64,000 nt of DNA from Microcoleus sp. (GTDB lineage Bacteria > Cyanobacteriota > Cyanobacteriia > Cyanobacteriales > Microcoleaceae): contig JAYFMW010000010.1 in NCBI GenBank assembly GCA_042408215.1, positions 111,963-175,962 on the forward strand, written 5' to 3'. Positions 21,787 through 33,200 of the stretch are shown here, one piece after another; positions within the stretch are counted from its first letter, which is position 1; each line of letters begins with the position of its first letter. The translations under genes and the position numbers were made by a program. The notes below the pieces were generated by a model that did no database searches, was not told the origin of the DNA, and was given only the letters and a program-made list of their open reading frames with translations.

Positions 21787-23309
21787 GCGTCAGGGAACAA
21801 CAAGCCAAAGCATCTATTAATCAAGCTTTAAATAGTTTTGCCAAGGGAAAACTAGCCGATAACGCCCGGAATTTGTTCTTTGCTCTTGGCTACCGCAGTG
21901 ACAGAACGAGTCAATTTTATCCCAATACTTCGGATAACTTTATTGCGACTTTTGACATAGATCAAAAGCTCAACTCCCAAAAAGCTCTCTTAGAGGAATG
22001 GCTGTCGGTTGATTTTCTCTTCCAGTTTACCGGGACAGAAATTGCAGATAACGATCAGTTTGTCGAATTTGATAGTAGCAGTGGTGAGAGTGCCTTTTTT
22101 ACTTCCTACTTGTTTTTCGCGATCGCACTGCGGAGGAGCGCGTACACTATAGAACAACTTGACGGGATTATCCGCGAGATTAATCAACTTTTACCGATGC
22201 CTGCGATCGTTCTCTTTCAGCATGGAGAAACTCTGACTTTCTCCATGATAAACCGCCGCGCCAACAAACAAAATGAATCTGAAGATGTATTAGGAAAAGT
22301 CAAACATCTTAAAGATATCCCATTCGCCATTCCGACAAACTCTCATTTAAAAATGCTCTTCGATCTTTCCTTAGCACAGTTGTATAAAAATCACGGCTTT
22401 AGCAACTTTGACGAATTTCATGAAGCTTGGCATCAAACTATTCCTGACAGCATCAAATTTAAAGAAGATTCTCTGTGGCAAGATTCGCTTCGCGTTTACC
22501 TGCAAGAAATCGGTCGAATTCCCATGCTCAAAGCTGACGAAGAGATTGAACTAGCTCGTAAAATTGCTGAATTAGAATTAGAGGGCAGCCGAAAAGCTAA
22601 AGACAAAATGGTAGAGTCTAACTTGTGGCTGGTAGTCTCAATCGCTAAAAAATATCAAAATAGAGGGCTGGATTTCTTAGACTTGATTCAGGAGGGAAAT
22701 CTGGGTTTAATCAAGGCTGTAGAAAAGTTTGATTGCAGGAAGGGCCACAGGTTTTCCACCTACGCGAATTGGTGGATTCTTCAGGCAATTATGCTGGCGA
22801 TCGACAACCATTCCCGCACCATCCGGCTACCAGTTCATTTGTGGCGTACAATTTCCGAGGTTAAGCAAACTACCAAGCTGCTTTCTCAAGAATTTGGTCC
22901 CATTCCCAAGATGGAAGAAATCGCCAATCGTTTGGAAATGACAACTGCAAAAGTGCGCTTGGTTATTCAATCGGCTCTGCCTATCATTTCTTTAGATACT
23001 AGAATGGGTGAGGAGGAAGGTTCTACATTGGGAGAGTTGATTGAATTCGATGGGGAAACACCAGAAGACCAAGTATCGAAAAATTTGCTCCGCGAAGATT
23101 TGGAAAGTGTTTTAGATACTCTCAGCCCCCGAGAACGTGACGTGCTGCGACTGCGTTACGGCTTGGATAATGGCCGCGAGAAGAGTCTAGAGGAAATCGG
23201 CAATAGATTTAATGTTACCCGCGAGCGGATTCGGCAAATTGAGGCTAAGGCTTTACGAAAGTTGCACCATCTCAACCGCAACAGCATCTTAAAAGAATAT
23301 ATTCGCTAG
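21783..23309 (+). CDS. fusion: restriction-modification-enzyme-like N-terminal domain (aa 1-~225) + SigA-derived sigma-70 regions 1.2-4
   Basis: From aa 234: [73 protein letters not shown] overlap with the helicase stop. The N-terminal assignment is from recalled family similarity. Confidence 0.8.
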   Translation: MSVREQQAKASINQALNSFAKGKLADNARNLFFALGYRSDRTSQFYPNTSDNFIATFDIDQKLNSQKALLEEWLSVDFLFQFTGTEIADNDQFVEFDSSSGESAFFTSYLFFAIALRRSAYTIEQLDGIIREINQLLPMPAIVLFQHGETLTFSMINRRANKQNESEDVLGKVKHLKDIPFAIPTNSHLKMLFDLSLAQLYKNHGFSNFDEFHEAWHQTIPDSIKFKEDSLWQDSLRVYLQEIGRIPMLKADEEIELARKIAELELEGSRKAKDKMVESNLWLVVSIAKKYQNRGLDFLDLIQEGNLGLIKAVEKFDCRKGHRFSTYANWWILQAIMLAIDNHSRTIRLPVHLWRTISEVKQTTKLLSQEFGPIPKMEEIANRLEMTTAKVRLVIQSALPIISLDTRMGEEEGSTLGELIEFDGETPEDQVSKNLLREDLESVLDTLSPRERDVLRLRYGLDNGREKSLEEIGNRFNVTRERIRQIEAKALRKLHHLNRNSILKEYIR

Positions 23310-23770
23310 CTCTACAGCAATTGACTAAACTGAGACAAAAATACCGAAAAAAAAAGCAAGAGCTCATTACAAACATTTTCTGCTGTGCGATGTACTTAAG
23401 CACATCTCTGACTTAAGATAGGCGATCGCCCGCAACAGCTAAGTCTCAGCTAGAAACTGTTCGATCGACTATCTCTTCAGGAAAAACTGATGAGTAGCGG
23501 TTACGCCAGCCCTATGCTTCAGCAGCAATGACAGCAAATCCCGTAAGTGCGATCGGTCAACAATCCAACCAAATAAAGCCGCCAGTGCATTCAAGCAATT
23601 GAATAAACGCAGTCATTAGTTATGAGTCAGCAGTCATTAGTTATGAGTCAGCAGCTAAAAACTAATAACTGTGGCATAAAGCTGGCGGAAAAATAACATC
23701 AGCTAACAGCTAGCAACTAATCACCAATAACTAATGACTAATAACTAATAACTAATGACTAATAACTAAC

Positions 23771-24388
23771 TTAGCTGTCGTACATCCGGGCTTCGGCTGC
23801 GTCAGGATTTTCCTCGCAATACTCATCAAAAGCAGTTTTTTCAAGCTTCTGCGATCGCTGGTGAGAAGCCTCAGCCTGCATTTCCTCTACAATATCCCAA
23901 GCTACCGCGCACTCTTTGGAAGTAACTCCTTTTTCGGCACAAATAGTCCTAGCCTCTGCGATCGCCTTTTCAATTTCTTCCTCAAATACAAGACTCTTCG
24001 GCTTCTCAAGAAAATCGCTTTTTGTCAAGATATCCGTTACCGAAATAATGCCGACCAGCTTGTCCTTAATCACCGGAGCCCGTCGGATGCGGGTATTCGC
24101 GAACAATCTAGCCACGTATTCCACACCCAAGTCAGGATTCACCGTAATGCACGGTTTGGTCATAATCTCGAAGACGCGGACTTTTTTCGGGTCTACTCCG
24201 TAGGCTGCTACTTTATAGACAATATCCGTTTCAGTCACAATGCCATAGGCATCTTGTTCGTGGCGGCGTTCCACAATCAACGCGCGCAAACACAGGTCGT
24301 TCATCATCGCCACCGCTTCAGCTACCGTTGCTGAACCGCGAATGGTGACCACTTCTGTGGTCATAATATCTTGGGCTTTCATCATCAT
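23771..24388 (-). CDS. CBS-CP12 fusion protein
   Basis: Tandem CBS domains, then ARTIC...ECAVAWDIVEEM and YCEENP..EARMYD. Confidence 0.92.
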   Translation of the reverse strand: MMMKAQDIMTTEVVTIRGSATVAEAVAMMNDLCLRALIVERRHEQDAYGIVTETDIVYKVAAYGVDPKKVRVFEIMTKPCITVNPDLGVEYVARLFANTRIRRAPVIKDKLVGIISVTDILTKSDFLEKPKSLVFEEEIEKAIAEARTICAEKGVTSKECAVAWDIVEEMQAEASHQRSQKLEKTAFDEYCEENPDAAEARMYDS

Positions 24389-24412
24389 TTCCTATTGCTC
24401 CAACACGATCAA

Positions 24413-24555
24413 CTGCTACACAAAACTTGGCTAAACTTATTTAAGTCTCACTATTCAATCGGGATTGCTCCGGTCGGGTCTGCTTCCTGCTTCACCCAAG
24501 GGAGTCGGCTCCTTGTTGTCCACAGGCGTTAATTCGGGTGGAGCATCGCCCTAAT
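24413..24555 (-). mobile_element. IS607-like tnpB 3'-end / omega-RNA / right-end remnant
   Basis: The minus strand reads GAATTAACGCCTGTGGACAACAAGGAGCCGACTCCCTTGGGTGAAGCAGGAAG (PELTPVDNKEPTPLGEAGS, like cyanobacterial TnpB C-termini) and ends AAGTTTAGCCAAGTTTTGTGTAGCAG. Confidence 0.6.
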
Positions 24556-25119
24556 CGAATTAATTTTAGTTGAAGCTTTTAGCCATGAGTCATCCAATAT
24601 TTTCAACCAATTTAAGGAAACGCGGACTCCCGTTCGACCTTGTAACAGGCTGGTCAGTTTTGACAAAACTGTGGTTTACAAACCAGATAATTAAGCCTTG
24701 GTTTTCGGCACTTATGTAATTATACCACCCAGAATGGTTAACCAGTCAAGTTAAGTATGACTAACTTTAGTAAACTTTTTTGCTATTTAGTCCAACTCTA
24801 GTTTTCCCCGAACTTGGGACGAGAGAAAGGTTTCTTGCGATCTGGAATAATGATCTGACGAATTTTAACCGATTTAACCGCACTCTGTCTGGCGACTTGC
24901 CTCAAACAAGTCGATCGCCCTTGTAGAATCCAAGCATTCGAGGACTCAATCCTTGAGCTTGTTTGACCAAGTTTTGCAGCCCCAGGCTCAAAGAAGCAAA
25001 AGTTAACACAAACTGAGCGACTGATCGAGCTCGCACAGATCCCCGCCTCTGATAAACTTGATGGCTGGGAGTGCAAAAAAGCACCAGGCACGCAGGACTC
25101 AGTTGGGAGGATATAGTTT

Positions 25120-26157
25120 GTGGACAATGTAATCGGTTTAGAGATTATCGAAGTAGTTGAGCAGGCCGCCATCGCCTCAGCTCGATTGATGGGCAAAGGC
25201 GAGAAAGATGAAGCCGACAGAGTGGCTGTAGAAGCCATGCGGGAGCGGATGAACAAAATTCATATGCGCGGCCGCATCGTGATCGGCGAAGGCGAGCGCG
25301 ATGACGCACCCATGCTTTACATCGGGGAACAAGTAGGTATTTGTACTCGCGAAGATGCCAAAGATTTTTGCAACCTAGATGAATTGATCGAAATTGACAT
25401 CGCTGTTGACCCCTGCGAAGGTACTAACCTGGTTGCTTACGGTCAAAACGGTTCGATGGCAGTTTTGGCAATCTCTGAAAAAGGCGGTTTGTTTGCTGCT
25501 CCCGATTTCTACATGAACAAATTGGCTGCTCCTGCGGCTGCCAAAAATCATGTAGATATTCGCAAGACGCCAACCCAAAACCTACACATTATCTCTGATT
25601 GCCTCGGCCGCAGTGTTGAGGATTTGGTGGTGGTGGTGATGGATCGCCCCCGGCACAAAGATTTAATTAATGAAATTCGGCAAGCGGGAGCAAGAGTTCG
25701 ACTGATCAGCGACGGCGACGTTTCAGCAGCGATTTCTTGTGCGTTTTCTGGTTCTAATATCCACGCACTGATGGGTATTGGTGCAGCACCCGAAGGTGTG
25801 ATTTCAGCAGCAGCAATGCGCTGTTTGGGCGGTCACTTCCAAGGGCAGTTGATTTACGATCCGGCTGTTGTGAAAACTGGTTTGATCGGTGAAAGTAAAG
25901 AGAGCAATCTCGCTCGACTTAAAGAAATGGGCATCACAGACCCAGACAAGATTTACAATGCTGAAGAATTGGCATCTGGGGAAACAGTTCTGTTTGCGGC
26001 TTGCGGAATTACTCCCGGAACGCTGATGGATGGAGTTCGCTTCTTTGGTGGCGGCGCTCGTACTGAAAGTTTGGTAATTTCTTCTCAGTCGAAAACTGCT
26101 CGGTTTGTGGATACAATCCATATGTTTGAGCAGCCGAAATCTCTGCAATTGAATTAG
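25120..26157 (+). CDS. glpX: class II fructose-1,6-/sedoheptulose-1,7-bisphosphatase
   Basis: [35 protein letters not shown]. Confidence 0.97.
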   Translation: MDNVIGLEIIEVVEQAAIASARLMGKGEKDEADRVAVEAMRERMNKIHMRGRIVIGEGERDDAPMLYIGEQVGICTREDAKDFCNLDELIEIDIAVDPCEGTNLVAYGQNGSMAVLAISEKGGLFAAPDFYMNKLAAPAAAKNHVDIRKTPTQNLHIISDCLGRSVEDLVVVVMDRPRHKDLINEIRQAGARVRLISDGDVSAAISCAFSGSNIHALMGIGAAPEGVISAAAMRCLGGHFQGQLIYDPAVVKTGLIGESKESNLARLKEMGITDPDKIYNAEELASGETVLFAACGITPGTLMDGVRFFGGGARTESLVISSQSKTARFVDTIHMFEQPKSLQLN

Positions 26158-26299
26158 TCATTAATTAACAGTTAACTGTTGGCTGTTGACAGTTGATGGT
26201 TGGCTGTTGGCTGTTGACTGTCACCAGTTATTAGCAATTAGCGATAAACTAATAACTAATAACAGGTGACTGTTGACAAGTAAAAATAAATAGTGACAA

Positions 26300-27601
26300 A
26301 TGACAAACATGAATATTGCAGTCGTAGGTCTTAGCCACAAAACAGCGCCGGTTGAAGTTCGCGAAAAACTGAGCATTCCAGAGCAGAAGATTGAAGGGGC
26401 GATCGCCCAATTGCGTAGCTACCCCCATATTCAAGAGGTTGCTATTCTCAGCACTTGCAACCGCTTAGAAATTTATATTGTTACCAGCGAGTCAGAACCT
26501 GGTGTGCGGGAAGTCAATCAATTCCTTTCCGAATGTAGTAAAGTTCCTTTGCAGTCTTTGCGACCTCACCTGTTCATTTTGCTGCACGAAGATGCGGTGA
26601 TGCACCTGATGCGAGTTGCTTCTGGCCTCGACAGTTTGGTGCTCGGAGAAGGGCAAATTTTAGCTCAGGTCAAACAAACTCACAAACTCGCTCAGCAGTA
26701 TAAAGGTGTCGGCAGAATTTTGGAGCGCTTGCTCAAGCAAGCTCTGACAGCAGGGAAACGAGTTCGGACAGAAACTAGCATCGGTACCGGTGCAGTTTCG
26801 ATTTCTTCGGCGGCGGCGGAACTGGCTCAACTCAAAGGTCAGCATTTAGCAAGCAGCCGAATTGCGATTATCGGTGCTGGCAAAATGTCCCGACTTTTGG
26901 TGCAGCATTTGCTTTCCAAAGGAGCTAGCCATATTGCGATCGTCAATCGATCGATGCGCGGTGCTGAGGAGTTGGCAAGTATTTTTAAAGATGCTCAATT
27001 ACACTTGCATCTGCTCTCGGAAATGATGCCAGTAATTGCTAGTTCTGACTTGGTTTTTACCAGTACGGCTGCTACCGATCCGCTGTTAAATAAAGCTAAA
27101 TTAGCAACTGTTTTAGAACCCGATCGCCCTTTGATGTTGGTGGACATTTCTGTGCCGCGCAACGTCGATTCAGATGTGAAGGAACTCGCTAATGTGAAGT
27201 CGTTTAATGTGGACGACTTAAAAGCAGTGGTCGCTCAAAATCACGAAACCCGCCGCCAAATGGCAATGGAAGCTGAGGGCTTGCTAGAACAGGAAGTAGA
27301 GGCTTTTGATGTCTGGTGGCGCAGTCTGGAAACTGTTCCCACTATTAGCTGTTTGCGGGATAAGATAGAATTGATTCGCGAACAAGAATTAGAAAAAGCT
27401 TTATCACGTCTGGGCTCTGAGTTTTCTGAGAAACATCAAGATGTGATTGAATCTTTAACAAGAGGGATTGTGAATAAAATTTTGCACGATCCGATGGTGC
27501 AGTTGCGCGCTCAACAAGACATTGACGCGAGGCGACAAGCAATGCAGACTTTGCAATTGCTGTTTAATTTGGATGTGGATGTCAATCAGCAGTATAGCTA
27601 G
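26300..27601 (+). CDS. hemA: glutamyl-tRNA reductase
   Basis: [36 protein letters not shown]. Confidence 0.97.
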   Translation: MTNMNIAVVGLSHKTAPVEVREKLSIPEQKIEGAIAQLRSYPHIQEVAILSTCNRLEIYIVTSESEPGVREVNQFLSECSKVPLQSLRPHLFILLHEDAVMHLMRVASGLDSLVLGEGQILAQVKQTHKLAQQYKGVGRILERLLKQALTAGKRVRTETSIGTGAVSISSAAAELAQLKGQHLASSRIAIIGAGKMSRLLVQHLLSKGASHIAIVNRSMRGAEELASIFKDAQLHLHLLSEMMPVIASSDLVFTSTAATDPLLNKAKLATVLEPDRPLMLVDISVPRNVDSDVKELANVKSFNVDDLKAVVAQNHETRRQMAMEAEGLLEQEVEAFDVWWRSLETVPTISCLRDKIELIREQELEKALSRLGSEFSEKHQDVIESLTRGIVNKILHDPMVQLRAQQDIDARRQAMQTLQLLFNLDVDVNQQYS

Positions 27602-27637
27602 TTGATTTTTTGAGATTTTTCCCAGGCTGAGCCTGGG

Positions 27638-27827
27638 AATTATTTTTCTTGGCTGTGGCAATTTTTCTTGATTGAAATAAAAAAAAACGCCATTTTTTTT
27701 AGGGTTAAATGCTTGACTTTGAGCATTTAATGAAGTACAATCTAATAATGGGAGTGGTGGCAAAAATAAAATTTTTGCCACCACTCCCATTATCTAAAAT
27801 ATACCATGAAAAATCCACCAAAGTCAA
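27638..27827. repeat. dispersed element: central 23-bp perfect inverted repeat between convergent sigma70-like promoters
   Basis: IR arms at 27745-27767 and 27771-27793; TTGACT-17-TACAAT (+) and TTGACT-18-TATATT (-); homolog in opposite orientation at 41575-41767. Confidence 0.65.
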
Positions 27828-28133
27828 TAGGTAATCCTTCTTTTTTAGGGCCGAGCAGTTATTGACAGTAACGTAGATAGCCTTTCTCAGTAACAGGAGG
27901 TGCCATTAAGGTGCATAGGGCATAATCAATTACGAATTAATCAATTACGAATTACGAATTTAGCACTTCAAAAAGTCAACTCGTAATTCGTAATTCGTAA
28001 TTATTTCCCATAGGGCATACCTCACTTTCTTGAGAACCGCTATAATTCAAAAAGGAATTATCAACCGCAGATGCACGCAGATTAACGCAGATGAACTTCG
28101 GCAGATATTGATAGTTGCGATCGGTTTAATATT

Positions 28134-31100
28134 ATGACTTTGAACAGGCGAATTTATCAAGTAATTTTACTGGTGGCGGGGCTGTGGCTAGTTTTAGAGT
28201 TAGTCTCCCGCGCTGTGGCAGAAATTCTCTGGTTTCAGGAAGTTGGATATCTTCAGGTTTTGCTGTTGAGGCTGAAAACTCAAGGGTTGCTGGGGGTAAT
28301 TCCCACTGCTATTTCTGCTGTTTTTTTGATGGGAAATTTGGCTTTAGCCCACAGCCTCAAACATCCCACTGAGGAAACCAAATCGCCGATTTCGGGGGGA
28401 TTATTCGCTTCAGTAAATCTGAAAAAAACGGGGAATAATTACCAATTATCTGTGGCTAAACCTCAACTTGCTTTTCCCTGGCTGCTGTTGTTGTTATTCG
28501 GATTGAGTTCGATCGCAGGTTTCATGGTAATTCACTTGGGGCTGTTAGCTGCGGGCGGCCTCGCCGATTTCAGTATAGCGCCACCAATTCAGTTGGGATT
28601 GGAGTCAATTGGGCCCATAGCCGTGCAGCTATTTTCTAATTGGTGGCAGTTTGGCGTAATGCTGGGGCTGATGTTAGCTGTGACAATTAAGCCGGATTTT
28701 TGGCTGCGGGCGATCGCCCTTTTTCTCAGTTTGGCGATCGGGCTAATTGCCGCCAGTCGTCTGGACAAAAGTATTGCCATATTTTCACCATCTTAATTTT
28801 AACATAAACGATCCTATTTTTAGTCAAGATATCAGTTTTTATATATTTGTTTTGCCAATTTTAGAGTTGCTAGCATTATGGCTGACAGTTATATTTTTGT
28901 ACGGCTTAGTATCAGGCACTTTAACATATGTACTTTCGGGAAACAGCTTGAGTCAAGGGATATTTTTGGGGTTTTCCCGATCGCAGCAGCGGCACTTGTA
29001 TGCCTTGGGTGCAGCTTTGATGCTAGCCTCCGCATTCCACTATTGGCTAGCCCGTTACGAATTGCTGTACTCACGGGGAGACGTTACTTACGGGGCTAAT
29101 TATGCTGACGTGACAGTGCGGCTGCCCTCCTATGGATTTTTGAGTATTTTAGCGGTGGCGATTCCCTTCGGGATAGCTTCGCTTCACGCACTTTTGACGC
29201 TGTGGCCAGTTTTGAATTTAAAACTGAAAAACCACAACTTAAACCAGATTATTTTTGGCTTTTTAATTTTCAATATTTGCTTAGGATGGCTACTGCCAAA
29301 AATTGTCCATAGCCTGATTGTTGAACCGAACGAACTAGCGCGGGAACGGCCCTACATCGAACGCAGCATCGCCTTTACCAAACAAGCATTCGACCTCAAA
29401 AAAATAGAAGTAAAAACCTTCGATCCAGCAGGCAAACTTACCTATGCAGACTTGGAAAAAAATCAGCTTACTATCAGTAATATCCGCCTGTGGGACAAGC
29501 GACCACTGCTACAAACCAACCGGCAATTACAACAAATTAGACCTTATTATAAATTCTTAGATGCCGATATCGATCGCTACACAATTAACAACGAATTTGC
29601 AAAACAGGGAGATACCCAAAGCCAGCAAGTGATTCTCGCAGCGCGAGAATTAGACTACACAGCAGTTGCGAGGGAAGCTCAAACATGGGTAAACGAACAC
29701 CTGGTTTACACTCACGGTTATGGCTTTACTCTTTCTCCTGTAAATACTATCGGTGCCGGCGGTTTGCCCGATTATTTTGTTAAAGATATTGGAGTTGATG
29801 CGGGCTCTGGCGAAAGTGCTTTAGAAATAACTAGCGATCGCATTCGGGCCAGTATTCCGATCGGAAATCCGCGCATTTATTACGGCGAAGTCACCAATAC
29901 CGACGTGATGACATCGACAAAAGTTAAAGAATTCGACTATCCCAGCGGCGAAGAGAATGTTTACAATACATACAACGGTAAAGGCGGAATTGCGATCGGC
30001 TCTATGTGGAAGCGCTGGTTATTTGCTAATTATCTCAAAAATTGGCAAATGGCGCTCACCCGCAATTTTACGCCAGAAACTAAGTTACTGTACCGCCGCA
30101 ATATCCACAAAAGAGTGCGAGCGATCGCTCCTTTTTTGCGCTACGATTCAGATCCATACTTAGTAGTAGCTAACGCCCATCTCAGTCCAGGCGATTTAAT
30201 AGAAAAAGAACGGGATAAAACTGCCAATAATATTCAGCATTTACCCTCCGTAACTCATAGTTCTCCCAACTATCTTTACTGGATTATAGATGCCTATACT
30301 ACGAGCGATCGCTACCCGTATTCCGACCCAGGAAAAAATAAATTTAACTACATCCGCAACTCAGTAAAAGTCGTCATAGATGCCTACAACGGCTCCGTTG
30401 ACTTCTACGTTGCCAACCCATCCGACCCGATAATCAACAGTTGGATTGCGATCTTTCCCGGACTGTTCAAACCCCTTGAACAAATGCCTCCGGCTCTCCG
30501 CAAACATATTAGGTATCCAGTAGATTTATTGAGCATTCAATCCGAACGCTTGCTAACTTATCACATGGAAGACCCCCAAGTATTTTATAATCGGGAAGAT
30601 TTGTGGCGAATTCCCAAGGAAATTTACGGCAACGAACAGCAGCCTGTGGAACCGTACTATTTGATTACAAAACTGCCAACAGAAACCTCAGAAGAGTTTA
30701 TTTTGTTGCTTCCATTTACCCCTGTAAGTCGGAATAATCTAATTGCTTGGTTAGCAGGTAGATCCGATGACGATGATTACGGAAAATTGCTGCTGTACCA
30801 GTTTCCCAAACAGCGATTAGTTTATGGCCCAGAACAAATAGAAGCTTTAATTAACCAAGAACCAGTCATTTCCGAACAAATATCTCTCTGGAATCGCCAG
30901 GGTTCAAAAGCAATTCAAGGAAATTTATTGGTAATTCCAATTGAACAATCGTTACTGTACGTTGAACCTCTGTACTTAGAAGCCGATCGCAATAGTTTGC
31001 CCACTTTAATAAGAGTCATTGTTGCCTACGAAAACCGGATTGTCATGGCAGAAAATCTCGACGAGGCGCTCAAAGCACTTTTTCAGCCTCAAGCTACCAA

Positions 31101-31155
31101 TAAACCCGCGATTGTTCGACCTGTAGAAGGAACGGCACCGGCTTTGAATCGATAA
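28134..31155 (+). pseudogene. UPF0182 family membrane protein, frameshifted near 28762
   Basis: WFQEVGY N-terminus in ORF 28134-28796; [32 protein letters not shown] and YVEPLYL in ORF 28747-31155. One extra base in AGT CGT C TGG ACA. Confidence 0.8.
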
Positions 31156-31372
31156 TTTATATCATGTCTGGTTGATTCGTTCTTGTATAATTTGCGCGGA
31201 CGTAGGGGCGGGTTTTACCAACCATCTATGTTTAAAACTAAGTATCTCGTAAACCCGCCCCCCCATGTGTTCAGGATGCCACCGGAATTGATATTATATC
31301 AAGTTTAGTTACATCATTAATAGTCCTGGACGCAAAGAAACCGGGTTTCTCTGAAAAATCCAAGATTCTCAA

Positions 31373-32016
31373 CTAGAGATCTACAAAGAAACCCGGTTTC
31401 AGTACAGGAGCAGCCTTTACATCCTGCCACCAAACCCTCTCTTCTTCTCCAGAATCCAGTTGGACAATTACGTGATAAAAATTAATCTGTTTGAGCCTGC
31501 CTGTTTTTCCATTCAAATACAATTGTTTGGGATGATCGGTACGAATTTCCACCCTTTGATTAAACAGCGGTAGCGTCTCCGTAGCAGAACCCTCAAACAA
31601 ATTTTTGCCTCCCAAAAGATAGCCCAAACCAATCAAAAATAAATTGAAGCTGTAAAAAATACCGTACAAATACCCAAAAATAGCAAATTTTTTGCTTGTG
31701 AAAAAGTTGTATAATGACTAACAATTGCTACCATCAAAGTTGCCAACCACCAGAAAGTAGCCACGAAAATTCCATCTCCTGGCAAAACATTGCCTAGGAA
31801 TCCTAAAGTTGCCATCTGCGAAGCAAATGCAGTCGCAACAATCCACTTAGTTGGCAAAAATGATGACAGCAGCCAGTCAATAGCTACAGTAAAAATGAAC
31901 ATAATTGCTGTCACCCAAAATGGACAGTAGGAAATCAGGGTAAAACTGACTGAAGCATAAGCAAAACCAGCCAAAACTAATCCCAATCCACTAAAGATAT
32001 CGTTCCAGTTCAGCAT
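31373..32016 (-). pseudogene. hypothetical membrane protein split by a probable 1-nt deletion near 31668
   Basis: The two overlapping ORFs join into a continuous TM helix (LLFLGI-LYGIFYSFNLFLIGLGYLLG) if one T is restored. Confidence 0.5.
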
Positions 32017-32112
32017 TATTCAAACATCACTACATCTGCGTTAATCAGCGTACATCTGCCTACATCTGCGGTCAAAAAATCTCAATTTCCGAAGCGGTCA
32101 GATCGGTATGAT

Positions 32113-33063
32113 TTATCGAGGATCGATCGACTTAACAAATTGTTGCACCGGCTGCGGTAAAGCCGGAACAAAAGTCTTTCTAAAACCTTTAACATCCAAC
32201 ACCCGCCACATAATACCCACCGCTACCGTCAAGAAAAATAATGCTCCCAAAAAATTTAGCGTGTGAGAAATCCAATTGTCGCCCCTTTTTTTGGGAGGAG
32301 TAAAGTGTTTCATGCGATATACAGCCGGCAGCATTTCCGGCGGTTCCTCCCGACTGCGAGGCGGCTTTTTCGGGCGCGAACTCGAACTGCGACTCCCAGG
32401 AAAAGCCGTTTTATTAGTTTTACTAAAATTGCTGACCGGCTTCATTTCAGAACCGTCGCGCGTCCCCGTTAACCTGCTAGTAGAAGTCCCCGTTTTGCTA
32501 ACAGCATCATCCTCAATGCTGCTGCGATTGGGCTGAGTCGATTTGCGTTCCGCGAGGGTTCGCATCAAACTTTGCAATTGCTGAGTTGCCGCGGCCGGAC
32601 GTTCCACCTTCCTAGCCCAATTTAACAGCATCGCCCCGGTAATTCCGCAGAGATTCGCAGCCCCCACAGAAGCCATCCGCTTCAGCAGTGGCTGGCTGTT
32701 GGAAACAAAAACTACGAGTGCGTCTGGGCGTTCCTGAGCCAAACCGTAAACGCATTGAGCAGTCGCCACCACGAGCATTGCTTGTTTGCTTTGATTTTTA
32801 ATAGAAGGTTCCAGCGCTCGGTGCGTTTCTTGAGCATCAGTTATGATCCAGCCACTGTCGGCAAAAAAGCGCATAAACTCCCTAGCCACTTGCTCTTGAG
32901 ATTTTTCTACTGCTTTCCCTGTCAAATAATCTATTTCGTCATATACTACTTCTGGGAGATAGCAACTTCCCACTTTGGCATATTCTTGCCATACTTGGGT
33001 TCTGCCAGCCATCAAAACATCTGCATCAAAAGTTACCAATACAGGAGGAAGTTGATTAGCCAT
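32113..33063 (-). CDS. PIN-like domain membrane protein
   Basis: LVTFDADVL...LPEVVYDEI...VFVSN N-terminal fold, low-complexity linker, C-terminal TM. Confidence 0.65.
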   Translation of the reverse strand: MANQLPPVLVTFDADVLMAGRTQVWQEYAKVGSCYLPEVVYDEIDYLTGKAVEKSQEQVAREFMRFFADSGWIITDAQETHRALEPSIKNQSKQAMLVVATAQCVYGLAQERPDALVVFVSNSQPLLKRMASVGAANLCGITGAMLLNWARKVERPAAATQQLQSLMRTLAERKSTQPNRSSIEDDAVSKTGTSTSRLTGTRDGSEMKPVSNFSKTNKTAFPGSRSSSSRPKKPPRSREEPPEMLPAVYRMKHFTPPKKRGDNWISHTLNFLGALFFLTVAVGIMWRVLDVKGFRKTFVPALPQPVQQFVKSIDPR

Positions 33064-33200
33064 AACTTTACCTTAGATGCTCAGATAAGTGATTTTTACT
33101 CGATACATTAAGTTTAAACAAATTGCGAGCTTTCCATTAGGTCAATCGATCAGAATTTAGGGTGCGCTGAAGCGCACCCTAGTGGTAACTAGCCTGATGA

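Noticed and set aside
18475..23309. Complete DISARM or type IIG RM system
   Set aside because: No methyltransferase motifs and no drmA/drmB-like genes are visible.
21783..23309. The primary sigA gene
   Set aside because: Foreign N-terminus, missing non-conserved region and substitutions at invariant residues.
24413..24555. Riboswitch (c-di-AMP or guanidine) upstream of CBS-CP12
   Set aside because: I could not fit the consensus motifs; a tnpB 3'-end origin fits better.
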